Assembly: GCA_964252035.1 (NCBI GenBank)
Contig: OZ176216.1
Length of the DNA stretch: 64,000 nucleotides
Direction: 5' to 3' (one strand)
Source of the DNA: Podarcis erhardii
Lineage: Eukaryota
The stretch's first letter is position 1, and each line of letters starts with the position of its first letter. The translations under genes and the position numbers were made by a program. This document shows, piece by piece, positions 1-13,029 of this stretch. Under the pieces are notes generated by a model that was not told the DNA's origin, ran no database searches, and was given only the letters and a program-made list of their open reading frames with translations.

Positions 1-318
1 AAAAAAACTCCTTCACATAGCACATAGTCAAATTATGGAATTTCCTCGCACAAGAGGCACTGATAGTCAACTTGGATAGCTTTAAAAGAGGATTAGGCAA
101 ATTCATGGAGGATATACCTATCCATGGCTACCAACCTTGATGGCTGTGTTCTGCCTCCAACTCTTAGACAGCAGGCCTCTCAATACCAATTTGTTGGAAG
201 TTGCAGGAGAGGAGAGCACTGTTGCACTCAGGTCCTGTTTGCCGTCTTCCCACTAAGACATCTGGCTAGGCACTGTGAGAGCAGATGGGCAGCTGACCTG
301 ATCTTTTTGTGTTCTGTT
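1..318 (+). mobile_element. CR1 LINE 3' end (ORF2 tail + UTR)
   Basis: Degenerate ...KLWN..PQEA...NLDSFKRGL.KFMED coding tail followed by the shared CR1 3' UTR. Confidence 0.75.
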
Positions 319-744
319 ATTTTGCCTAATATTATTGTCTGAGAACACCTCTCTCCTCCCCACCCACCATTCCTATACAATGCCTAGTGGATGCAACATT
401 CTGTCTTCTCTGCATTGGAAAAGAGGAGGTTTTATTTTTATTTTTGGGTGGGTTGAAAGATGAACTAGAAAAAGGAAGTTATCCCATCATAAGATAGCAC
501 ACTTCACTGTTTGGAATGAACCTCACTGCCTGTAGCATCTGGAAATAGTATGTGGGGCATGAGCATCTATACCAGTTAACAGCTTCACAGCTTAACTATC
601 TGAAGTTTCTGAACACAGGCAGCTCCAAATACCATGCATTGCAGTAATCTCTCCTAGAAGCTGTCAGGGCCTAGATAGCTGCACCAGATTTATTAATTAT
701 TGTTTATAGCATTTATATCTTACCAGTCATGAGCCCTGCATTAC

Positions 745-1281
745 TGTCGGAGCAGGAGCAGGAGGAATGGTGGGAACCTGGGTTGGAGGCAGACATTTTG
801 GAATGGGGAACAACGGTGCCTGCTCTATCCTCTGAACTTCCTGCAGAGCAGAGAGCCTGAGTGGAGGCTGGGGAGGGATTTATTCATCTGAAGGGGGAGG
901 CTGAACAGGAGGATGCAGGCTGGGGAGGGATTTATTCATCTGAAGGGGGAGGCTGAACAGGAGGATGCAGGCTTTGTCACCTAGAACCAGGCAATGCCTT
1001 TGCAGATGGGGGAGACCCATCCCACCCCGATGGAGCACACGCTTGCAAACTTGACATTCCTGCAAGGGAGCATGCCACACCTCGCCTTCAAATGAGGGAT
1101 GGGGAAACTTGTTGGGACATCTTCATTGCTTCCATCCAGTTCAAACTTCTTGCCCTGCTCCTAAACTCCCAGATCACAACTCTTGAGTGCTGTGCCTGTC
1201 GCCAAGCCTGTATCTTTACTTGCCTAAGTAAAGGTCTCTTTCTTCCAAGAGGCTCTGCCTCTGTATTTTGAGCCCAGGACA
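745..1281 (+). mobile_element. Probable solo LTR (Gypsy/ERV type), 537 bp
   Basis: Starts TGTC and ends GACA. Flanks ttac/ttgc (4 bp, one mismatch). AGTAAA polyA-like signal near the 3' end. Internal 52-bp tandem duplication. Confidence 0.55.
865..973 (+). repeat. Perfect 52-bp tandem duplication
   Basis: aggctggggagggatttattcatctgaagggggaggctgaacaggaggatgc at 865 and 917, plus a partial third start at 969. Confidence 0.95.
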
Positions 1282-3421
1282 TTGCTCTCCCAACAAAGGT
1301 TTCAGGAGGAATACATGGTTTACTGCTTCCACCTTCAGTTTTATTCTCTCAACCATCCTGTGAATAGGCAGAGGTAGGGACTGACTCAAGGTTACCAGCT
1401 TCATGGCTGGGTGAGAATTTCAACTTGGGTCTCCTTGGTCTAGGTCAATACTCTAACCCATTTTCCCCCAACCTAGTGCCCACCAGATGCTGTTGGGACT
1501 CTAACTTCCACCAGCCTCATGGCCAAGGATGATGGCAATTGTGATCAAGCAACAACGGAAAGGAATGATGTTGGGGGAGTGCTACTCTACTTAACCACAC
1601 TGGTGCACAGAACAAATCTGGGTCTCCTGCACTTCAGTTTAAACCATATTGTGTTCGACTCACTATGCCGATAGTCCTTCTCTTTCCCACACACCCTAAT
1701 TTTTCTAAAATAACAATTGTTTTTCCAGCTTCAAACGTGTTGCTTGGAGCCTGTTCCTTGAGAAACCGGTTCAAAGAAATACTTTCTTCGTTTGACCTCC
1801 AAGGACCTACTTAAATGCAAAATAACACGAAACCCAAAAGGTGGTGGGGGAAACCCCAAATATTTCATTTTAAGTTTTTATAAGGTTCAATTATCTCAGT
1901 ATAAGGTTGTTGATCCATTCAGAGTTTATTATGCTTTCCTGGAAAATATTTTCTTGGCTTTTCCTACAGTGCCAGGAGAATGGGCCAGGGGTGGGGTGGG
2001 GGAGCGGAGAAGGCAGAAAGAAATTCTACTTCATAAATTTCTCATGAAGCCTTTTTTAATGCAGTCATTATTTCTGACGTTCAGTGTCTGCTCCCAGACT
2101 CCTCCAGCAATAGCTTTAGTAATAAAATGATTTATCTTAGGTTTTTAAGTTGCCTTATATATGATTTAGAGGATTTTTGTCTGTAATGAACTTGGCCTCT
2201 GATCTTTATAGCAATCGTGAGCCAGCCTGCTTAATGGATTTGGTGAAAAACTTTGGGGGTTTTGTAGTGTGTGAGTGTTGTGTATAGGTGTAAAAAGAAA
2301 AGCGCTTGAGTTATTCAAGTACATGGTGAAATATAAGTAAGGCATTATTGCTAAGTTGAGGGTTCCGGGTTTTTGGGTTTTTTTGTCTGACGCCCCCCTG
2401 AAGTATCACAGAATAACTACAGGCTCTATACTTGGACTATTCCAAGCCAGGAATAACATGCCAGCCCTTGTTCTTTTGAGCCTGGGGATCTTGAAACACT
2501 GTTGGAATTAACAATGTATAACTTTTCCAGTGGTGAGGGTGGGCCTCAGTGTTTTGCAGCATGATCTTCATAAAAGGAAAAGGTATTCTGCCTGCAGTTT
2601 TTGCTTTCTCAGTCCCTCAGGTCTCTCACCAGCCTGTTGTCATGTCTCCCGTGTGGCCAGCGGCTTATGACGGGCCAATATAATAGAGTCCATAAGAACC
2701 TAAAAGGAGCCTGACTGCTGGATCAGGCCAGAGGCCCATCTAGTCTAGTATCCTGTTCTCACAATGGCCAGCCAGAATGGAAAGCCCATCAGCAGGGCTT
2801 GAGTGCAACAGCCTGTGGTCCACTTGTGATTCTCATCAGCTGGCATTCAGAGGGTTCCTGCCCCCAGTACTGGAGGGAATCTGCATGCAATTCCTTCTCA
2901 CCTCTGGTTACCAGGAGAGTGGCTGCATGTGCACCATACATTCTGCAGCACACAGCTTTCCCCAAAGAATCCTGGGAGCTGCAGTTTACTCGCCCACAGA
3001 GCTTCAATTCCCAGCACACATAGCAAACGGCAGTTCCCATGATTATTTGGGGGAAGTCATGTGCTTTAAATGTGCGCTGTGGTACACACAGTCGTGGACT
3101 TTCCCCTCTTGTTCTCACAACAGTTCTGGAAGAGCAAGTTCAGAGAGATTTAGGTTACTTGGAAAATGACCCTGCATATCTGAGATTTGAACCCACTTCT
3201 TGTGACTTGTATACCCTGAAAAGCTTACTTAGAGACCATACAGTATATGGGAGAATAAAGGTTTGCTTTTGCTCTTCAGGCTGTGGAACCTGTTGGACGG
3301 AAAATATTTTAGTGAACATTTCTCAGCACAGACACCTTTTTGTGAAAAATTGCTTGTGGTAGCAGTTTACGTAGTCAGCCCCCAACAGTGGTAGTTTTTG
3401 AAACAGAACTGTAGCATCAGG

Positions 3422-3422
<1 letters not shown>

Positions 3423-3458
<36 letters not shown>
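3423..3458. repeat. (TA)n microsatellite
   Basis: Direct read. Confidence 0.97.
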
Positions 3459-3461
<3 letters not shown>

Positions 3462-3957
3462 GAATTATTGGACTTGGCTGTTGTGTTTATATTTGAAAGC
3501 TGAATAAAAATAATTACCGAGAAGCCCAAACAACTTTGTGGTCAACCCAAATACATTAACAAGGTTTGTGAGCTTGTTTAAACTTCCTTTTAATGAAGTG
3601 TTAGCAAACTTTTCAGTTAGATGTAATGGTCGTTTCTTTGGAGCCATCAATTAGTTGAAATGAGTGAAAACAAAGATATACAGATTTCCTCTTTTTCTGC
3701 CCCCCTTCCCCTAATTGAAATTAAACGCATAAACTTTTAGTGGCTGGACTGATGTTTTCTTTTGACCTTTTGATTTTTGACTTAATTAATTCATTGGGTG
3801 GGACCACCCAGAGTTGGTCTGAAATAATGACCTTTCTCAAAAGCCTTGCAGTTTTGGACCTCACTTTAAACCTGCTAAATGTCTTGTATATCTGATGGAG
3901 AATGCATGGTAACAGAAAGAAAAAGGAGCAATATTTTTTTATTGCAATAGTTGCCCT

Positions 3958-4097
3958 AACCCAGCCTCCCCCAACTTAGTGCTTTCCAGATGTTTTGGAC
4001 TACGACTCCCATAAGTCACAGCCAACAGAGTCTTCAGGGCTGATGGGAGCTAATAGTCAAAAATTTCTGGAGAGCACCAAGTTGGGGAAGTCTGCCT
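3958..4097. mobile_element. Older copy of the same palindromic hAT-MITE group; others near 1470-1585, 10270-10410, 15990-16105, 17540-17660, 19325-19440, 44630-44790, 48900-49025 and 61865-61995
   Basis: Shared core ccagatgtt...gactac.actcccat...gatgggag...tagtc...catctggag with decayed arms. Confidence 0.7.
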
Positions 4098-4748
4098 TGA
4101 TCCAGTAAGTCAAAGCATGCATAGACCTACACTTGCTAAGGCTAGGTACTCGAACCCAGGCCTGGAGGGTGTATTCTACAAGCCATCCACTCTGCCACCC
4201 ATCACTGGCTGAAATTTAAGGCAGAGGAATGCGGTGTAACTCAGTGCAGAGCAGAGTGCAGAAATCGATGTGCAGTGATTGGACGATGCTGTCCTGTTGA
4301 CCAGAAGGCCAAGGTCCTGGCATTCATGTGGCTGGTTCAGAAGCTTCGTAATGAACCTTGTTCACATGCCATGGTGAGCCAATCTATGGTTGATGTGGAC
4401 CACGTGGATTGCTTTTCTGCTCCACAAAGAGCAAACCTCGGCTACAGCTTGTGGTTAGCAAGGAGAAAGAGTTTAACCTCGAGCCTGGGCTTGGACAATG
4501 CGCTGCACAGCATGGGAGCAGAAAAACCAAGGAGCGGCAAAGCAGCTGCAAGCTTCTCTCTGGGAGTCTTCAAATTTGCACAGACCCTTTGGCTTACCAT
4601 ATTGTGTGAATCACTGCCTGCCAATCACAGGGTCCAATGCGGAAGGGTTGTATCTCAGTGAATACAAAAGGGCCTGTTGGGATAACTTTAGAAGAGTAAG
4701 AGTGCCTGTCTTGTGAATTTTGGTTAAGGAGGAGACTTTACCTGTTGG

Positions 4749-4750
<2 letters not shown>

Positions 4751-4810
<60 letters not shown>
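4751..4810. repeat. Compound (TC)n(AC)n microsatellite
   Basis: Direct read. Confidence 0.97.
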
Positions 4811-4812
<2 letters not shown>

Positions 4813-7800
4813 AACATAATGAAGTAGTTTATCGTAGGAAATACATGACTGGTAGAAAAAGTTCCTCATTTTAGTCTAACTAGTCTAGAGAAGAACAATG
4901 CAGCCATCTTTCTCCTTTGTTCTCTTGGAGGGTAGTTCAAAGATGACTTTTTATCTTGTGGTCTGAGAGATAGGTGTGAGGAGCAGGAAGTTATAAACAG
5001 GATGCAAACTTAGATGTATCTTTCTAAATAACAAAGAGATAGAGAAGTCAGCATAGAGATAAAGGTACAGGGATAGTCTGGGAATCGGGAGGTTCCATAT
5101 CTGTCTTAACTCCACACAAACCCCTCTTGTACAAGCTGAGTTGTTCTCAAACTTCCAACAGGGCCCATGTTCAAACCCTGATGTGCTTAGGTAGGACTGG
5201 GAAAGACCCCTGCCTGAAACCTTGCAGAGCTGCTGCCAGTCTGTGTAGACAGTATTGATCTAGATAGGCCAATGGTCTGATTCAGAACAAGACAGCTTTC
5301 TAGCTTCTTATGAAGGACCCCATAACCAACACACCAACACTGGAATTCTTACTCTGTTAACCCTGTGGCTTTTGTTTCAAAAGGCATTGCCCACAATCTT
5401 TCAGAATCTATCTCTGTGCCGCCATGAGGGCTAGAAGCTTGGTGTAAGGTAGCACTTGGTATAAGGCAGCTTCCTGTGTGCTTGAAGGTGGCAGCAATTC
5501 TGAGCCCACACAAGTGACTCACTAGGCCAGGTCATTGGGCACTGAGATTCCTAGTTTGAACCTTGAGCTCTTTTTATGTATGCATTTATTTCCAATTTTG
5601 AGCTGCCTAATAAAAAGAAAATCCTTCAGGTGACATGCCACATCAAGCGGAATAAAATGTAAGAGCATAGCATACCAACGATTCAATAATAAAACAATAA
5701 AGCTGAACCGGCAATAGTTCATTGATTTAAAATCCAGCTATCAAATCCAACTTGGCATAAAATGGAGACAATTCAGCCAGCAGCAGACACTTCAACTAGC
5801 ATACTGACAAAACTCACCCCCCTACACACGCCAATAGCTAAAACAGACCAATCTGCATTGCTGTCAATCTGCAAAGACTAAGGCTGGGATACTCTTTTTG
5901 GCTTCACAGACTAGATCCTTATCAGATTCTGGCCTCTGTGACTGCCCAGCTGTCAATCACCTGATGTCACAGTGATGTGTTCGGTGTTTGGGTGCTTTGA
6001 AGTCACAGAGCCCTGCGTGGTGCTTTAAAATGACGGAGGGTTTAAAATCCAGCCCCCCCTTCCAGAAGTGTGTTAGACAATGGTTGCCTAGTCACAGATG
6101 TCCTTTTGGGGGGCAAACTCCCTCCTGTTGGGGAGTTCTGCCAGTCCCCTTCCCTGCCCATGTTAAGAATGCAGTAAGAGTACTGTTGGATCAGGCCAGT
6201 GGTCCATTTAGCACAGCATCCTGTTCTCACAGTGGCCAGCCAGGTGCCCCAATGGGAAGCCCACAATCAGGACCTGAGTGTAACAGCAACCCTCTCCCCC
6301 TGACTTTCCCAACAACAGGCATCCATAGGCATATTGCCTCCAACAGTGGAGGTAAACCATCGCCATGATGGCTCATAGCCATTGATAAACTTACCCTCCA
6401 GGCAAAATCCAAATACATATTTATTTGTCCAGGCACCTGGAAGGGGATAGGAACATTCGGGGCACTGCAGATTTAAATAATCACTTTAATGATTGTTTTG
6501 AGTATGGCCCTATCAAATTTAATGTTACTAGCTGCCCTGGGCACCCTTTGAGGAGAAAGGGTGGTATATAGATTTAATAAGCAGAGAAGCAAACATTGAA
6601 GGTTCCTCTTTATTTCGCATCCTCCCAAGTTTTGCTTTTCGCATGAAAGCAGAGCTTCTAACTGTATGCAAAGAATACGCTGTTGAAAAAAGAATACGCT
6701 TTTCTGTGCAACTGCCCCCCCCCGCACTGCCCCGCAAACCCCTTTATTAATGTATTGTAAAATAGAAGACAATAAAATTTGGTGAGGGAAGAGAGGCATG
6801 GCCAATAGCAGCAACATGCAAAGTTAATTTTCATTCAGTTTAAGGATTTGATTTTTTAAAAAGGAAAAAAACCATGGCCAATGAAAGATGCTTATCAAGT
6901 ATCAAGACTCTATGAGAAAAGCCATCCATGGGCCCCAGGCCAAGAACTTAACAAATAAATGACCTCCCAAAAATAAAACTTAAACCTACCATGTAGACTT
7001 TCATTAGCCCATGTTGTCGCCAGTGTTTATTTACAGCAAAACTCTCTTTTTGCAGATAACGCAGTCTGCTACCCTCAGTGTTGACTTCCCCTGGGTTTTT
7101 TTTTCTGTGTGTGCTTTCTATCTGCACTTATTATTGAATAATTCTCTTTATATATAAAAAAGCAACAGGATTCCCTCTGAACCCAATACTGTCTGCCTTA
7201 ACTTTTATTAAAGGGGCTCTGCTTTTTCTCAAGAAGACATTTTTGTCGCAGATTAATGGCTCGAGCCAAGCCAAAGGCTGCTCTGAGTTTACGCTGGATT
7301 CTATTAAAAGGGAAGCAGCTGTTAACGTTGCAGATTTATCACATTTAGCTTCCCCCTCCTCCTTCTCCCTACTGATGTTTGACCTTAGCTATAAATGTTT
7401 TGAGGTGCTCATTGTTTTTCTTTCAGAGTTCTTTTTTCTCCACCCATTATTGCTGCTGAACATCTTAAAAAATTTGAAGCTGACATTATATTGGCTCTGT
7501 CGGATTGGACAGATGAGGGCTTTGCAATTAAAAAAACACACAATTTGGTGCTGCAAAAAAAGCAGAAGGATAAATACTTACTTTTTATCTATCTATGTAT
7601 TGCCCATCCTTCATTCTAAGTTCCCTGGATGGGTTGCAAAATTAAAGCACAACATTAAAAACAATTTGCAATCATAAAAATAAGATGGATCCTAAAATAT
7701 ATATACAGCTCAAGTGTCAAAAATCCAGGGTAAAGTGGTGCATCTTTGACCTTCTCCGGAAGCTGTACAATGAAAGTGCCAGACGCAGCTCTATGAGGAG

Positions 7801-10559
7801 GGAGCTCCACAGTTTAGGGGCTGCCACAGAGAAGGCCCTGGCCTTATGAGGGCGGAGGAACCAGCAAGAGGGCCCACTCTGCCAATCTCAGCACCCAATA
7901 GGGTCTGTACAGAAGGCAGTTTTTCAGTCCAGGCCTTCTTTTAAGGAGTCCTCTCTCCCTTTCTCCCCTAGCCTTCTCAATCACCTGCATGAAATTTCTT
8001 GTCGCCTCTGGCTACCAGGCTAGAGATGTCTTTAAAGATTGGTTTAAAGGGCACCATTAAAGCTAGGGGAACGGCTCTTTGTCTTGTCTTTTATTTCAGC
8101 TTCATTCAGTTGATCCACATACACATTTCCCTCTTCAGGAGTATGTGCGCAACACAATGCCAGCAACGTAAAGGGGAACTCGAAACATAGCAATCCTGTA
8201 AGGGCCACAACTCAGCAGTAGGAAATTTCAAACGCCGACTCGTCTGGATGGATGAATACGGTTGAAGATGCTGCTGTGGTTACAAGGGTTCATGCGATAT
8301 TTGAATCCCTGGGTTAGGTTCCTAAATTGTTTAGTCTGCTTTTTTGCTCTTTATTTACGTGGGGGGGGGGGAAGAGACACACAACGCTCCAGCATGCAGT
8401 AAGAAAAGATCAAACACAGATCAAATGAGGCATTGCAATCCAATGCACTCAGGCAGGTCAGAAATGAAGGAGAAAGGCATCTACTTCACTGCAATGCCCA
8501 ATTAAATATGTTCCGTGCCGCAAACAAACGTGGGTAGACTTCAGGATTGCAGAATCTACTGAGGCTGTTGAAGTGGAGCCGGGTGTCTGGAGGCCATTGG
8601 GAGGGTGGTACACCCACTGGCAGCACAATCCAAACCCGGGGTGAGAGAGTTTGGATCTGGCGGGTCTTGTTTTTTCATAACCTGAGCCAGGGTTACACCA
8701 GTCCCTGACCCCGGATAAGCTTGAGATACCCCAGTGCAGGTCTCCCAAAAGGGGTGTTGCAGGGGCATGGCAGATGGAGCAAAGACAGACTTCCACCTAT
8801 TCCAAACCATTTTCATCTCAGTCATGTGACCTAGGGCCTAGTCTATCAGAAAATCCCAGTCCGTTGTTGCCATTCAATAGGCAATCGGGGGGGGGTGGAG
8901 GATATAGAACAGGCCAGTAAACAGCCCATGGGCAGCACCACCACCCTAGAAACATCTTGTTCAGAGTTAGGAGCTGAGCCAGATGACCCTGCCTAAAGAA
9001 TAGGGCCTTTTTAGTGTTGGCTTCATGTCCCTGGGAACACCCTCCCTCAAAAGGCATGTTTGACACCTTCATTTTTTTTTTTAGGTGAGCCTTGGACTTT
9101 CCTTTTTCAATCTGTCTTTGTGTGAAGAGGTGGTCAGGATATTAAAATAATACTGCTCATATATATTTGCATTTTATTATTATATATTTGATTGTATATA
9201 TTGGTTTGCAGATCCAAGGTGATTTTTGCTGATCTTTTACCTCTTGGTATTTTAATTACCTATTCATATATATTTAATGTAAGACCCCTTGAGAAAACTC
9301 TCTCATGTTTTGAAAGGTGGCACAGAAATTCTTAAATAAATACATACATGGGAATGGCCAAGAGGTAGAAAAATGTGAGGTTAATTAATTGTGGCACAAT
9401 GCAGGCCAAAAATCACACAGAATAAAACCAGGATGCCTTGCAATGTGTGTGTCTGTACCACAATTCTAAATCTGTCTCCTTTACTGCAAGCAAGTTCAGT
9501 TCTTTGGGGTTTTTCTCAGGACACCTGAAGGTCACATTAGTCTTTTATAATCATTTGTCCTCCTGTTTTAAAGGGACGTTCCACCTGTGTCCTCCACTGT
9601 CTAGCAATGTCAGTCTCTCTGTTGAACTTTAATCCAGTCAGTTGATGGAGCCGAGTGTATTCACTTAAGCCCTTGAGGTCGAATCTGTTCCCTTTTGAAA
9701 ATCGTCAGCTCTCTTTGGGGAAGTGAGGTCGAGCAGCTGACAAGACAAGTGGTGATTTTTGGGGTCTTGACAGAAGGGAGACTTAATGTTGATTTCTTGA
9801 GTGCCTACTTGCTTCTCCTTTCTTGATCGGAGGAGATATAACTGAGGAAATATTGCGTTCCTGTGCGTTATGCAGGATAATGGTCAGATTTATGAACCTT
9901 GCATCTGAAAGAGTTTTTCTAATGCGCTTTCAGGGATGGCGGCGACAGGCCAAGGCTTTGGGGTCGGAAGAAGGTGGTGCTGCCGTGGGGGAAGGAAGGA
10001 TGTTAAGGGCTTGATCTCTCCAGAAGCCCAAGTGCGGCTTCTCTGTACCACAGAGGATCATCTTATTTACTTGCCTTTTCTTACATCTACAAGGCTAGCT
10101 TGTTAAGAGAGAGAGTTCTGGATTTGGAGTGTGTGTGTTGTTTTACAGCCTGGTATCTGAGCTTGAGGGAAATGTACAGAACCTGAAATGGTTATGGGCC
10201 TTTCTTGGAGTTTCTAGAAGCCACCTTGTTCTTAGAAATGTATTTGTTCAAGTAATGTACAGTTAGGCCTAGAACATTTGTGGAGAATCCATGGTCATCT
10301 AGATGTTGCCAAACTACAACTCCCATCACCCCTAGCCATTGTCCATGCTTCCTAGGGCTGATGGGAGTGGTACTTCAGCAATATCTGGAGGGCCAAAGGT
10401 CCCTTGGATTGTGTGTCCATGCGATACGAAGAACATTTGAAGGTCTCTGTTTGAGGACTGTCTTGTCCAAGTGCGTTGGGTCTAATCAGGCCAGCAACCT
10501 CGATATGGATTATCTACTGCTGCACAGTAACTTTGAATTTGAACATGGCTTGGCCATGT

Positions 10560-11060
10560 TAACCAATAGCCAATGGCCCGTCTAGTCCAGTGGCCAACCA
10601 GATGCCTGTGGGAAACCTGCAAGCAGGATTTGAGCAGGAGAGCAACTCTCCACTCCTCTGGTTTCTAGCAGCTGGTATTCAGAAGCAATACTGATTATGG
10701 AGGGAGAGCTCAGCCATCATGGCTAGAAGCCATCCATAGCCTTATTCCCCCCATGAACTTCTCCAATCATCTTTGAAAGCCCTCTGAGTTGGTGGGAGTC
10801 ACTGCCTCCTGCAAGAGCATGTTCCAGAGCTGAACTGTGTGCTACATGAAGGTGTACTTTCTTTCATCTTTCCTGAATCTTTGAGCCTTTAGCTTCATTG
10901 AATGTTTCTCTGATATCATCATGCCCACTGCGTCTCCTTTTTTGGGTTTGATGATCCTGTTTAATGGCTTTTCCTCTTCTCAAGCAAGTCTGTGAATGAC
11001 CATTATGGACAGTTGCAAAAATCTGATGAAAAGTCTGGACTTGTCTGGACTTCAAAGCTA
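10560..11060 (-). mobile_element. CR1 LINE 3' fragment
   Basis: Minus-strand remnant ...KYTF..TVQLWN.L.QEAV..TNSEGFQR.LEKFM followed by the CR1 UTR. Confidence 0.7.
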
Positions 11061-11994
11061 AGGTGTCTAATATCTCTCCTGTGAAAACATAGGAGGGAAC
11101 TCATCCCATCTGCTTATGACTAAACTCATCCCAGCAAATCTGTGCCACCGATGACAGAATATGTATTTTTTTTCCTTTAAAAAGCCCCCGCTGCTGTCTA
11201 TTAAATAAAGGAATTCTCCTCTCTAATTCAATCCAGGCCCCAAATATTGTCCTGTCTGTTAATGTTGGAATCAAACAAAAAGATACAGTTATGCCAACAG
11301 TTCATGGAAGCCTGAAGGTGTCATAGAACCTTAGAATTGGAAGGGACCCAAAGGGTCATCTAGTCCAACCCCTGGTGTCCTGGTGTTTTCTCTCTTGATG
11401 CACTCTCAAATAGGTTTCCTTCATGTCCAGAGCATAACAGGGATGTTCTACTAAATAATATTAATTAAATGCCATTTTTCATAGAGAAGGGGTAATGGGT
11501 TTTCAGAGGGGGGGGGGGATGCATCCTTCAGGAGAAAACTGAAAAGGGGTGGAGTAGGGGTGGTAAGGATGCCAAGCTCTAAACTGGCCCCTCTTGGTTT
11601 GTTGTGATCAAGTTGCTGCTATACCTTGAAACATCTGTCTGTCTGTCTGTCTGTCTGTCTACCTAGGCTGGCCCTACTATTAGGCAAAATAAGACAGTGG
11701 CCTCAGGTGGCAGTTGCTGAGGGGCAGCCATTTCCTCCAGCCATTTCTGTTGGTGGACGGAGCCACACAGTCTGCCCTAAGCTCCCTAAGCTAGTCTGCT
11801 GCCCCAGCTGCAGCGGCATGTCACCAGTGTTGGAAGTAAAATTCAGCTGCCAGTCTCACTGGTCCCTGTGCAGGGAAGCAGGGAGAGGATGCCATCTTGT
11901 CCTTCGCACCAGGGAGCAAATGGCTTGGGCCATCCTTATTACTTACCTTCCTCCTTTTGTGCAGCATCCCAAAAGAAAACGCCATTCTGCGCTC

Positions 11995-12650
11995 AGAAGT
12001 CACGATAGAATCACGACCCAGGGGTTTGATTCCTCATTGTCAGGGGATGAGGGCGAGGACTCTGAAGCAGAAGAGCCAAGGGCGTGCAGGGCCAGTCCCA
12101 GGTGTTCTACTGTCAGATGAACCTGCAGGGCCAGCACCAATCCCAGATTGAGAATGTGACACTGTCTGCCTCTGACTCGGAGGCTCCACTGCAGAAGTAC
12201 CAGTAAGACCCAAGGCTCCTCTGCTGTGTCACAGCAGGAGATCAGCAGAGAGGGCTGGGCTTCTTTAAGCAGAATAGCATCTTGCAGCACAGGTGGGGCT
12301 AACAATCAGGCTGCCCCTGCTCTTACTCCTACAGGAGGCCTCAGGTTTAGCTTTCTCCTTTTTGGAGCAACTTCAGAGCTCTGTTTCCCAGGACACAACC
12401 TGGACTTTGCATCCAGCCTGAACTTTTCTTGTGTATTGTGTATTGCCTGAGGCTTGCCCACCTTGCCTTGCTTTGCACCACAGGTGGCTCTTACCTGGCT
12501 GCATTGCAGTACACAGCAGTAACAAGGTATGTCATCTCTGGTTGAGTTTATCCACCAAATGGCCATGGATGAGCTACCAGTTTTATTCTGAAACATTTGC
12601 CTTGGGAAATGTTTCTGTGCTACCTATTCTTCCTTAGATGGTTGGCACAG
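11995..12650 (+). mobile_element. LTR-like fragment, unclassified
   Basis: Purine-rich 5' part (gacccaggggtttgattcctc...gaggactctgaagcagaagag), TATA-like ctttaag, and pyrimidine-rich downstream part, similar in layout to the 745-1281 element. No TSD or clean TG..CA ends found. Confidence 0.3.
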
Positions 12651-13029
12651 GCAGAGGATGTTGCATGTTCACGTTTGTAGCATTGTAGAAGCATTTGGAA
12701 GAGGGAAATGGATGAGCACAGTGGTGCCAAGGGTTGGGTGGGCTTGGAGATGCTATCCTTGAGCAGGAACAGGCAATGCAGGGCTGTCACTATCCAGCAG
12801 CAGCAACACCATATTGACTCCTAGCTCCTCTCCCTGTAATGTGGAGCCATGTGAACACACAATGTGGCCCTGTTGTGTGTTTCCTCCACTTCTCTCCAGT
12901 GTTATTGGTTTCATAACTACATGGTACGGAGAAAGGGTGGAGGAAACTGGTGCCATGGTTCAGCTTCCATTGGAAGATGTCTGGGTTGGTTGGAAGCGAT
13001 TCCTTTGCGTGGCAAGTCCCCTCCCCCAA

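Noticed and set aside
8480-8830. GC-rich stretch that may be a DNA-transposon relic
   Set aside because: I could not define its ends, TSD or family with enough confidence to report it as a feature.
11626-12120. 164-aa plus-strand ORF
   Set aside because: Starts in a (TCTG)n repeat and runs across repeat fragments into the LTR-like sequence; no homology recognised.
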